Part shown: positions 41,500 through 53,974 of the stretch, piece by piece | Position numbering within the stretch: position 1 is the first letter of the stretch | Layout: each line of letters begins with the position of its first letter | Origin: Octopus vulgaris | Taxonomy: Eukaryota | Reading direction: 5' to 3' | Length of the DNA stretch: 64,000 bases | NCBI GenBank assembly: GCA_951406725.2 | Contig: OX597821.1 | Location: 69,440,001 to 69,504,000, forward strand | The notes under the pieces: generated by a model | The model's database searches: none | What the model was told of the DNA's origin: nothing | The model's input: the letters and a program-made list of their open reading frames with translations, nothing else | Made by a program: the position numbers and the translations under genes

Positions 41500-42330
41500 A
41501 CTTAAAATTAATTGAACGTTCTAAGATTTCTTAGACCAATAACAACTTCTAAGCAGAAAGATCCATATATCAGAATGTAATGGTAAAATTGTGATTACAA
41601 AAATGTGAGAAGGTCACACAGACAAATGAAAAAAATGACAAAATAGAACCTCAAAATCGAAAAGGATTTAATGAAATATTTGATGGAATTTGAAAATGCA
41701 GGATACGTAAAGGTATATAGGAGTATTGAAGGTAGACGAAGGAACTAGCTCCCTGATAAAACAATAGAATAACGAATTAAGAGAGTATACACAACGAGTG
41801 AGGTTTGTACGAAGTCTCGAACTAAATACAATGAATAAAAATAGAACAAAATATTTGATAACTTGTGTTGTTAAATAGTTTTAACATCGTAAATTGGAAT
41901 ATAAGTGATATCCTAAAATTGGATACCGATACATGGAATCTGTTCACAATATACAGAACATACCTCCCAGAGGCGAATGTCTACAAACTTTACAAAGAAA
42001 TATAGATATATGAGGCTGAGGATTAGCGCAAGTAGAAACCAATTACAGTAACAATTGGATTGGAAGTATACATCAAAGAAAACAATGAAACACTCTGCAA
42101 ATAGGAGAGAACTAAGAACAAAAGAAAAAAAAAAGACAAAATCAATAACAAAGCAAGGCTAAAAGAATCAAAGCAAAACAACAACAACAACAACAACGAA
42201 AAGCACGATATAAAGCCGTTCTTCATCTACAAAGAAACAATAAAATAAGGACTGTAGCCAAGATGGAAGATGCATCACATAAGAAACAACCAAAGGATAT
42301 AAGATGGAATATATGAAGCAGTAAAGGAAA
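41500..42330 (+). mobile_element. Highly degenerate R4-like fragment
   Basis: Residual RT C-terminal similarity (Y..RYIG-like and HP.ANV..LY-like segments). Confidence 0.45.
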
Positions 42331-42337
42331 TGATGAA

Positions 42338-42369
<32 letters not shown>

Positions 42370-42372
<3 letters not shown>

Positions 42373-43330
42373 CATTTATTTGCCACAAGGGCGAAGGATG
42401 AGGACTATACAGACAGGTATAAAGTGTGTGTGTGGGGGGGTACATATAAAGAAATGATTTTTTTTTAAATGGAAGAAAGAAAGTACACACTGCAAAAGTA
42501 CACACGCGGTACACACTGCAAAAGAAGGGACATATGCAAGTCATACAAAAAAATGTGGCGGGGAGGATGGTTGAGGCGTCCGATACCATGACGGTGACCT
42601 CGTCCACATATGTCGACACTGCCCTTCCTTGTCCTAGTTCGAAAGGATGCTCGTTAGCTTTTCAACTTTCGCAGCCGTGGCTACCGACTACAAGCGCCAG
42701 CGTTTTCGCCAACACCTTGGCCAAAATCTTTAACTTGTGCTTAGCAGAGTTATGGGCCGAAAATTCTCTAGTACGTCCTCATTGTCAGCATATTTCCTCA
42801 GTAGTGTCACCACGCCCTCTGCTAAACAGCACTAGGAATTCTCTCGGTCTGTTGCCAGTTGCGGTAGACGTCTGCCAAGAGATCGTCCAACAAATCTGGC
42901 GGCATGAAGACAATAGAATTAATAGGGAAGATCATCCAAACCGGCCATTTACGACTTGTGCAATCACTCATCACTTCCTAAATTTCAGCGGCTGTTATCG
43001 GCCTTTCCATAAACTCACGTCAGCTGCTGAGTGCCGTGGCAAGCCATCCAAGTACGAACTAAAGTCCAGTATCGTAGTCGACCCATCGCCCTCTCCAAAC
43101 AGCTGCGCGAAATGCTGCTGAAAAGCTGCACACATCTGCTCGAAGCCACGTAGCACGTGCCCTTCCCGTTCCATCATAGACCTGATTGTGGTTTTGTTTC
43201 GACGTCGCGTTTCACCAGTTCGAGCCCGTAGGACAGCTTCAGTTCCTTCCGGTTTGAGCGCACGAGCTTTAGGTCTGACAACGCAACCTTAGCGTTTTGC
43301 TTCGAAGAAATGGTCACCGCTAACGCATTG
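42370..43330 (-). mobile_element. Old Tx1/L1 remnant
   Basis: MCAAFQQHFAQLF, KILAKVLAK and YVDEVTV motifs; tail cccttgtggcaaataaatgaaat followed by (CAT)n. Confidence 0.75.
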
Positions 43331-44519
43331 GTGAAATTCTAACCTTCTGGCTTAATAGCCTCTCATCATTACACAACCAGTTAATGGGATGTTTCTCGTA
43401 TATCATCAGAAACCCCGAAAACATTATAAGCTGGATCATATTAGGGATAACGTACTTATTCTCTAAAATGAGCAACATATAAAGCCCTTAAAAAATTACA
43501 AACCGATCACTTGCTTGACAATTATGTATAAAATACATCCATCCGCACCGAAAGGATATCCCGATTTATCGATCAAAAACAACAGCCTTTTCCTTGAACA
43601 AAAAGTGCGCAAAATGAACTCATACAGCTGCAAATACCAGTTATTATTAAAACCGTATGATACTCGAAAACTGCTCATCGAAAAGGCAAAATCTTAGCAC
43701 AACATGGATTCACTATCCTTAGGCGTTTGACAGTGCCCTACATAGCTGGATCTTAAAGGCACAAAATAAAAAAAAAAAGAAAGAAAAACAAGATATCTCC
43801 TTTCGAAATTTAAGAAGCTATAGTATTCTATCTATAAACACCCCGTCGTATTTACTGTGAAGGAATTTATCCTTGGCAAATCACATCATACTTAAGATAT
43901 AAAAATCTATAAACATCTCAAAGTTTTAGCAAACATAGAAAGTACTAGAAAATGCTTACATATTTTGGGCGGGGAGCTGTTAAATGAATGTCATCGTGTG
44001 AATGATTTCAGCAGTACTAGGAACCCATTGGAAGAGGAGGGGGAAGGAGAGAGAGAAGAGAAAGAAGGCAGGTAAGCTACCCAAAATCCCAGCGTGGAGG
44101 CAAATTTATGTATAGATTTCTTTGGAAGGACCTTTGCATAGCTTCTATATCTTAGCTATGGTAGTCCCAACTTGCCGGCGCTACTTTCAAAAATCCCCTC
44201 CCACCCGTCCTTAATCGACTGTCAGCCATATCAACTAGCAGTCCAATCAAACAGCCTGTATTAGTAGACACAAGCCCGCGCCACTGTTTAACGCCGCAGC
44301 ATCAGCAGTAGCTAAACCAAGTCGTAAATCTGCCATAATTTCTTGTCTAAAGGAATCAGGGGAGACAATATTAGGACCTCTCGGCTTTATAGTAATAATA
44401 TAATTATAGTAATAATATAATTATAGTAATAATAATGAAACTATATTAGTGAACTAGGAAATAATAAAATAGGTATTATAGTAATAATAGTGAAATTATA
44501 ATAGTGAACAAGAATTACC

Positions 44520-45844
44520 GAGAATGATTCACAAGTGACGTTGTGAAACCATCGAGTCGTCGGAGACTAAACTGGCAACCTCACTTGGTAAGAAGGGTGG
44601 AATTTCAACACCCTGCGAGATTAAAAACAAAACTCGGCAAATGAAGAGGAACTTAAGTCAATGGCCATTCCGAAAACGGGTGGACAGAACTCATGAACCT
44701 TGGTTGGCAGCCTGTCAAGGAGAAGGAATACTCTGATTTAAAAACAGGGGTAGATAGAACATCTTAGTCACAGAGGTGACAAACTGTCAGTGTCTAATGG
44801 CTCCATGCCTAGGATAAAGGTGAATGAACTGCGAATCGGGACTTAACTCCGCAGCAATATTTGGATGAAGATATGGGACCAACTGACGCACACCTATTCC
44901 CTAGTGAGAATCAGAATCATGTCCCCACCCCACTCCAACACACAGAACTGCAAAGGGAACAGGCCCAACTTATGGGTAGTAAGAGCTCTGCGGTTTTGGT
45001 TGACTCCTTCGCCAAAACCAACAGGAGAATTGTGTGCTCCGGGTAGGTTATACTCGTTAGCCTAAGAGAAGGAATATTCTGAGTCCAAAACCAGGGGAGC
45101 AAGGGCCCTGCCACCTTCGCGGACTACTTTGATAGAAATGGTGTCTCGATAAAAATACCGGTTGGTAGTAACCTAAAAACACACCTCATTTGTGAATATA
45201 AACACCAGGCAAAAGAAATGACGATAGCGGTGTGAACGAGACTGGAACCAATGGTGAAGGTTCCGCAGCAGGGTGGGCCCGGTCGTAATCCAACAACTGC
45301 TAATCATGCTATACGACACAGGTGGAGTAAACAAGTAAACACGATGGTTATGGAGCGTTACTATTGGAGCACCCCAGTGGATGCAAAATGGCAGAAATTC
45401 AAATGATAGTGCTCGTGGAAACTGCCCATATCCTACGTAATAGACTGTCTATGTAATCTCAAATTTTAAAACAAACACATAATTTCCTTATGTTTTCTTA
45501 AACATTCTCTAGAACAATACTATGTGCAAAAATCAAATATACGACACCTTAGGCATAACACCAACATGAACTTCTAACTAGTTGTCTCTTGAGGTCTCTG
45601 GGTGAAACTTGGAGTCAACTTGTACAATTACAAAAGTTAAACATATAAAATAATAATAATATCTTAGAAATACCCTACCGTCTAACTGTACCGCAAAAGT
45701 CGCCATTACTTGGAACTGCACGCATATTGCGTAAAGTATCGTCTGTCTAAGGTCCTAGTTGTGACTTGATAAATAGAACAAACCCCCGGTAGACACAATA
45801 TCTTTAATCAACGACCTCACGATATTGTATACTACGCGACGTCT

Positions 45845-45847
<3 letters not shown>
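44520..45847 (+). mobile_element. Internally deleted R4/Dong-like element (5' UTR, ORF start and 3' end)
   Basis: RHRWSKQVNTMVMERYYWS N-terminus, QK..LLGTARILRKV terminus, (TAA)n tail and TAA-rich 5' flank. Confidence 0.65.
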
Positions 45848-45919
<72 letters not shown>

Positions 45920-46156
45920 GATTGTCTTAACTGGTACATCACACGTATTGAGAAGAGCATTGTCGATGTGAGAACTGTTGCTGCTCATGTATTTTAATTT
46001 AACTTAAAAAAAAAAAAAAAAAAATGAACGAACTACTGAGTTTGGTTTAATGGCCTACCAATGTATACTATGAGTTTCTTTGCCCTAGGAGTCGGGAAGA
46101 CACTCGGCAAGAAATGGAAGCAAATTTGAAAGAAGAAAAAAAAAAAAAAAAAAATA

Positions 46157-46209
<53 letters not shown>

Positions 46210-46210
<1 letters not shown>

Positions 46211-46668
46211 TGTTGAATGACATGAAGAGGGTTGGCATCTTCAAAACTGAAAATTGTGTAACTTAAGAAAAATTTGAACAAGAAATGAACAAAAGAAAAG
46301 AACACGCGTTAATGAGCAATTAAATGAAGTGCAGAATAGACAACAACACCGATAGCGACAAATGCAGAATATGTGGCAAATGGGGTGAGACGGTACATCG
46401 TTAGCGAATGCCCGAAATTGGCACACCGCGAATAGAAGAAACGTCATGACAATGTGGCAAGAATGATCCTTTGGGGACTCTGTGGAAATCACAGCCTAAA
46501 AAGAGTAAACCCCAGGCAGAACACCTAAAAAAAAAAATCAGCATTGCTTGGAACTGTTCGCTGGGTTCTTGAAGCATGACCAGTAGACAAGTGTTACCTT
46601 AATCTGCTGGGGCCGTGGACAGCTGACACTTTCCATCATACCCAGGATAATAAGCTGTGAGATTTAAT
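46210..46668 (+). mobile_element. R4/Dong-like 3' fragment
   Basis: KCRICG..GET..SECPKLA..RHDNVA and SALLGTV..VLEA* motifs. Confidence 0.8.
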
Positions 46669-46789
46669 ACAAGAAGAAGAAGAAGAAGAAGAAGAAGATT
46701 ATATTTTAACCCATTCCTTCGAAATAGCTTATGCTTCATGACAAATTCGTCATATCTCATTTCTCTCTCTCTCTCTGATTTTCTCATAC

Positions 46790-46846
<57 letters not shown>

Positions 46847-46951
46847 CATCTATCCATCCATCCATCCATCCATCCATCCATCCATCCATCTATCTATCTA
46901 TCTATTTATCCATCCATCCATCCATCCATCCATCCATCCATCCATCCATCC

Positions 46952-46994
<43 letters not shown>

Positions 46995-47019
46995 CATCCA
47001 TCCATCCATCCATCCATCC

Positions 47020-47085
<66 letters not shown>

Positions 47086-47859
47086 TTGTCTGCGTGCCTG
47101 CCTGTCTGCCTGTCTTCTATCCAGTCAGCTGTTGAAGGAATATTTTTTAGACGAATGCCTAAAACAACAACACAATGAAGTTTGAAAATAATGGACAAAC
47201 GTTTGGAAGAGAGAGAAAAAAAAAAAAACTTCCTCATTTCTATTTCTATTTACGCTGCGTACCCATGCCATACGGGCTGGTTATGGTTGTGTTTACACAG
47301 TCCACCAGTGTATCATCAGCAAGTCGATTCGACCAGCATTTGAAAGTCTTAGTAAAAACAAACAAATAAATAAATAAGTGTAAAAATTGTGAAAATTTAC
47401 TGGTTACTGATATTGCTTAATTAGTTTGAGGGTCAATAAATGTACCTTTTTACTATGATTCGCTGTGCTCTATGTAGAGTGACTCGCAAATTTGTCTTTC
47501 CTAAATCAAGCGAAATTCAAATAATTAAATTATGGCTGTGATACGATATGTATTCTCGGATGTTGTTGTTGTTGCTGGTGGCGGTGCTTCTGTTGTTTTT
47601 ATTACGCTTAACAAAGAAGGATGGTGGTCGGCGTGTGGGTGGGGAATTGGCAGAATTTGTGGAATAACTGACAGGTTCCCTTTACATTTTGAGCTTGAAG
47701 ATGAATACATTATGTCTTTTATCCTTTTTATCTTTTACTTGTTTCCATCATTAGGCTGCTGCTATGTTGGGGGGGGGGGGGGATGGTGCCGTCTCGAAGG
47801 GTTTATTGGCACAATTTGACTCCGGTACTTTTAATTCTGGCAATTGTTCTACCACAAAT

Positions 47860-48185
47860 TTAAAAGACTCCGCCGGTTACGACGACGAGGGTCCCAGCTG
47901 ATACGATCAACGGAACAGCTTGCTCGTGAAATTAACGTGCAAATGGCTGAGCATTCCACAGACACGTGTACCCTTAACGTAGTTCTCGGGAATAATCAGC
48001 GTGACACAGAGAGTGACAAGGCTGACCCTTTGAAATACAAGTACAACTCATTTTTGCCAGCTGAGTGGACTGGAGCAACGTGAAATAAAGTGTCTTGCTC
48101 AAGGACACAACGCGTCGCCGGGAATCGAACTCACAACCTTACGATCATGAGCCGAATGCCCTAACACTAAGCCACGCGCCCTCAC
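47860..48185 (-). mobile_element. Chimeric SINE (family D-like head and CORE, family A tail)
   Basis: TSD tctaccacaaat at 47848-59 and 48186-97. Confidence 0.85.
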
Positions 48186-48243
48186 TCTACCACAAATACA
48201 AAGAAATACAAACACACATCTATCTACCTATCTAACAATCTGT

Positions 48244-48321
<78 letters not shown>

Positions 48322-49679
48322 GTCTGTCTGTCTGTCTGTCTGTTTAACTACACACACACACACCACATATGAGGCTTTTATCGTCTACCAAGTTCACTTA
48401 CAAGTCGGCTTTGGGCTATAGTAGGTGAGACTTACCAAAACTGTGTTGCACAGTGGAACTGAACTCGAAATCACGTTTCAAAACGAGCTTTGTTAATCAC
48501 ACACCCATACATAGGAGATTGTCTTTGACGTTTCGAAGCTGAATTAGATAAACAACCAGTCAAGTTCTGGGCTTGGTGTAATTGACTGACCCCCTTCTCC
48601 TTAGAGTTGAAGCCTTGTGTTTTTCTGATAGATTATCCTTAAGAGCGAGGGATTTGTAGAATTGTTAAAACAACGGGCGAAATTCTTTGCCGTACTTGTT
48701 TGGGTTCTTTACATGTTGAACTCGAATCATATCAATATCATGTTGGTCTTTTATAAATAAGTTACTAGTTTATTCATAGGTTCGATTTAAACATCAGACG
48801 CCACTCCGAAAATTTCAGGTTTTGTTGGCCAATTTAAAAACGAGATGTTCCAGCTTTTTACGTTCTAGGTTTAACCCAGCCGAGGTCAAATTTGCATTTC
48901 ATCCTTTCGGGTTCGATGAAATAAGGAAGCAGTTGAGTTCTAGAGGTGTTGTAATCGATTACAACCCCTTTCCTAAAATTTCTGGTCTTGGGACAAAATT
49001 TGAAACACTTATTTTTATTTCAAGTGAAATTTTTATTTTCAATTTTAGCATGCTTTTGTTATTGCTGCCGCTACTGCTGCTGTTGTTGTTGTTGTTGATG
49101 ATGATGATGATGATGGGGATAATGATGGAGCGGTGGCAGTGGTGGCGGCGGTTGCGGTGGTGGTAATGGTGTTGGTGTTTATCAGTGTTCAATTCTGATC
49201 TAAAAGACTCGTGGCACCGAGATTATCCATACAAGAGAGTTAGTATTCAAGATACATCATGTATCTGCTTAGTCTAGGATTACATTGCGTTCCTAACATC
49301 AAAAGGAAATCTTACCAACCTCTTCTTGAATAATGCTCGTTCTTGTTGTTAACATGCTAGTTAACCCAGCTTTGAGTAAACTGTGAATATGAGATAAACA
49401 GCTTCGTACCAAATCACGTGTGATTCCTGAGCTAGTCTTGAACCTGGTAACGGCCTGAGCAACATGGTGGGTGTGAAGCATTTTGGCAAATAAACTTATT
49501 GAGTCAATGCCGAATATCTAAGTGCTTGCCAGACATGTATGAGTTTTTAAGACCTTGTGTAGATGTGTCTGGGTAGTAGTAAGAATTTTTGTTATGCTGA
49601 TTAATAAAAGAGGTGAAGTTTTGCAACAAGAATAGCTAACCTATTATTTCATTATTTTAGCTAACCTGTTATTCTATTA

Positions 49680-50400
49680 TTTTATTAATCAGCATAACAC
49701 AAAAATTGTTACAAACAAGTAGAGTGCCGAGTCTAATCTAAGGAACTATAATTTCAAAGATAAGACTTGCTGTCCGTTAGAAGGTGAATGTCTTGAAAAA
49801 AGAATTGTTTATAGAGCTAAAGTGCAAATAGATGGATCATAAGAATATAAAACTTACACAGGGGCTTCGGAAAATTCATTCAAGACTCGGTTTTATTCCC
49901 ACCGAAAAATTCTTTCCAATATCCCGAGAATAGGACAGCAACAAGTCTTGCAAAACATGTCTGGCAACAGAAGGATAATGACATCCATCCTTTCAATATC
50001 AGCTGGACAATTTTGGAAAAAGCAGCGCCATACAAACATGGAGCTTATAGAAGACCTATGAAATGTAATCTTTGCCTCTCAGAAAAGTTCTTCATCCAGT
50101 TCCAGGATAAACATGCATTGAACCAGTGACGCGTGCTCTTAAATTCCTGGAGGCATGCTCCGAGGTTTAAAATGTCAACCGAAAAAATACCGTATGGGTA
50201 AAACTTTTTGACTTACGGAAAATTTTGACTTCAGCATTTGAATTTGGCTTTTCACCATATATATAGTTAATTTTGTATTACATATTTTGGCTTCACATTT
50301 TATATTTTACATCCGACTTTTAAGAAAGCCTTCGACTGTTTTACAAATGTAAACCTAAGTTTCGCCGAGCTTTAATTTTTACTAATTTTAACTCATTTTT
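49680..50400 (+). mobile_element. Penelope-like (Naiad-type) GIY-YIG remnant
   Basis: CPLEGECL..IVYRAKV..YTG..FKTRF..H, TSLAKHVW, ISW.I, CNLCLSEK and LN motifs; 5' junction is inverted-duplicated at 49582-49608. Confidence 0.85.
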
Positions 50401-50526
50401 AAAAATAAATATTCACATTTTATATTTTAAATTTATATATTTAATTTATATTACATCTAATTATGTTATTTTACTTTATTGTACAATTTCTTTATTTTAA
50501 TATTCTATATACCAGACAGTTTTTCT

Positions 50527-50860
50527 TGCGTGGCACCTTGGGCAAGAGTCTTCTACTATAACCTCGGGCCGACCAAAGCCTTGTGAGTGGATTTGGTAAA
50601 CGGAAACTGAAAGAAGCCCGTCGTATATATGTATATATATATGTGTGTGTGTATGTGTGTTTGTGTGTCTGTGCTTGTCCTCCCAACATCGCTTAACAAC
50701 CGTTGCTGGTGTGTTTACGTCCCCCTAACTTAGCGGTTCGGCAAAACAGACCGACAGAATAAGTACTAGGCTTACAAAGAATAAGTCCTGGGGGCGATTT
50801 GCTCGACTAAAGGCGGTGCTCCAGCATGACCGCAGTCAAATTACTGAAATAAGTAAAAGA
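50527..50860 (+). mobile_element. SINE family C
   Basis: Matches 16125-16450. Confidence 0.85.
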
Positions 50861-50916
50861 GAATATGTTTGTATATACTTTATAGTGTATATATTTATCT
50901 TGATGTGAAGATAATA

Positions 50917-51015
<99 letters not shown>

Positions 51016-51388
51016 GAATATCAATTCCGGCGTCACTGGGATGAGATATTCAAGTTAAGAATATTAAATTGAATAATTCTCAATAAATAAATACATATAT
51101 ATCAAAGTATCAATTAGAGACAGGAATCCCCATAAAATTCAACAAATCAGAATACAAATTCAACCATGTCATAGAATATTATGATTAATGCTTACTATTC
51201 GTTTTCAAAGTTTTCGACTACATGTGTTTCATGAAGTTGTAACTATCTTCCTGAGATGCGCAGTCTCATACAGAACCTCCCCTTATATGCAAACCCAATC
51301 TTCAGGTCTACCTATCAACCTTTATAACTTTATCATTATATATTCCAACTTAAAATTGTATCAAACTAAACAGATGTATAAATAAATT

Positions 51389-51512
<124 letters not shown>

Positions 51513-51875
51513 CTAACCCTAACCCTGCACCTTGGCAGTTTAAGTCCCGGCTTTAAAAGTAAGTAATGGGATCGATTTGTTCGACAAAAATTCTTCGAGG
51601 CGATGCCCCAGCATGGCCGCAGTCTAATAACGGAAGCAAATAGAAGACATTAAGTATTCTATTGAATATGTAATTGTGTGCGTTATTGTTGTTGTTTAGC
51701 ACCAGGTCACACTTGATCGAGTGGAGCTTATGATCAACGATCGAAGACTACCCCCAACTGTGATATGAGTGACTCTGATGAGGAAAAACAAGGGAGACAA
51801 CCCAGGAATTCAAATCTCGAATGAAATGAGAAAGGAATCTTCTATTTGGTAGCAATTAATAGCTGTTAATCCCAA

Positions 51876-51906
<31 letters not shown>

Positions 51907-52622
51907 GTAGTAGTAGTCTCTTCTACTACTGTCGCTGCCCCTCTGCCATAACCAACAACAACAACTACAACACTACCACCACCATCACCACCATCACCAC
52001 TACTGCACCAGTGTTCCCTTCAAGTCCCCGCCCCGGCAGACTGAGCTACACTCGAAGTTCGTTGTTCTTGTTAATTTGATATGTCTGTCTTTCACCCAGA
52101 AGGACCGTGTTATATACCCCACATGAAGGAGTTAGGCAAGTTTTATGGAAGAAGGCGTTAATTATTAGGGGCTGGTTTGTGTTTTAGAGGTTTTAAAAAA
52201 AGACGACGGGAGAAAGATTTCACGGTGTAGCAACAATTTCAGAACTATTTAGAAGTATTCCTGTCTGACACGAGTCGCTGTTTAATAGGCAGCGTCAGAA
52301 ATAGTTTGGTGAATAAACGAACGAACGAAACAAACAAACAAATGAATAAATAAATAAATAGATAAATGGATGAATGAATTGATAGTAGAATAAGTGAATG
52401 AATGCATGAATGAACGGCTAAAGAAAAATATGATAAGCTGAATGAACGAATTGTAGAATAAATAAACGAATGAAAGAGAATATGTGAATGAAAAATCAAT
52501 GAACAACAAAATGAAAGTATGCGTAGAAAAATGAATTTACAAAAGTAAAGCGAATGAGTGAATGAATGAAATAGAATGAATAGCAACGACAGAATGAATG
52601 AATGAATGAATGAATGAATGAA

Positions 52623-52653
<31 letters not shown>

Positions 52654-53247
52654 ATGAATAAATGGACAGCGACGACAATCTTTGCTACAGTGAAAAAACT
52701 CTCGCCTTGAAGCCAATTAAATAATGTTTATTTAATCAATCGATCAACCAAAAACAATAGTTCGAATTTCACATTCCTCCTTTACCCCAACCATGAACAT
52801 ATTTCTTAATGTGATCCTCCACACACGTTGCCTGAAGAGATACACGATGGTTATAGTTGGCTGATGCGAATAACGATTTTTGACAAAAGCCCAGCCTTAG
52901 AAATTTGTGGCTAGCAGAGTTTATAGCTGATGTAATCGATCCCACCCCCAAACGATTTTTTACTGGTATTCTTATGATTATTTATTTTATCGACAGCAAT
53001 CCACAGAAGGTTGACCTTGAGGAAACTGAAAACCACGATGGATCATGCCCTTTCCAACGGGTTCTGCCACTCAACCTCCTCATATCCTTTTAAATGGCAT
53101 TGTGTTTTTGTTTCTCTCTGTTGTTCAGTTCCTGAAGTAGGATATTTTAGCAGTTAAGAAAAATGTTAATACTTCGATGAGGAGGTCTAATAAAACCAAA
53201 ACATCTCCGTTGTTGCCTCCCATACTTTCTGAAAAGGAAATAATAAT

Positions 53248-53306
<59 letters not shown>

Positions 53307-53384
53307 CAAAGTGGAGTTGTAAGGTACCGCACGAGTGGAATTATATACGAAAGGTTTGAAAATGCAATTTTAAAAGATGTTTAT

Positions 53385-53429
53385 TTACTTTACCGGTTTC
53401 ACTCTTTAGAAAAAGATTGTCAAAAGTAA
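53385..53429 (-). ncRNA. Minimal hammerhead-like motif with U3-A8 core
   Basis: Minus strand: ttactt TTGACAA tcttt ttct aaaga gt GAAA ccgg TA aagtaa. Confidence 0.55.
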
Positions 53430-53454
53430 TATGTAAAAGTTTGGTTGTGTTAAT

Positions 53455-53870
53455 TATTGGTTGTCACAAATTGCTACAATATATATATATACAGTCTTTG
53501 GTAACAAGGACATGTTAAGGACATAAAAATGTTTAACACGTTCATGAAAATATTGGGCACAAAAGATTCCAACATCAATATACATTCTCAAGAAAATGTT
53601 AAAGATAGTTTCCTGAAGGAATTATTAAAAAATTCAGTGGAATATTGGTATTGTATCTATATATTCATACACACACAGAATATTGGCTGTCACAAACTAC
53701 TACAATACATATATACATATATTCTTTGGTAACAAGAACATGTTAAGAACATAAAAAAGTTTAACAAGTTCATTAAAATATTGGGCACAAAAGATTGCAA
53801 CATTCTCAAGGCAAAGTTAAAGATAGTTTCCAGAAGGAATTATTAAAAAGTTCAGTGGAATATTGGTATA
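53455..53870. repeat. ~225-bp-period tandem duplication
   Basis: tattgg.tgtcacaaa..tttggtaacaag..tattgggcacaaaagatt..cagtggaatattggtat occurs twice. Confidence 0.85.
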
Positions 53871-53974
53871 CACGTACAGAATATTATGAGTTCAAAAAGG
53901 TTTACATTATAGTAGTAGGCAAGTTCAAACTGACCTGGTCCACGATTTTATCGTGAAATACTATTATTTCAAGA

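Noticed and set aside
49305-49520. Possible minus-strand exon ending at G|GTAAGA
   Set aside because: Weak acceptor, no recognisable protein and no partner exons.
50120-50135. In-frame TGA in a Naiad-like element read as selenocysteine
   Set aside because: It falls at the conserved Arg of LN.R; the copy has other TAA/TAG stops and a frameshift, so CpG decay explains it.
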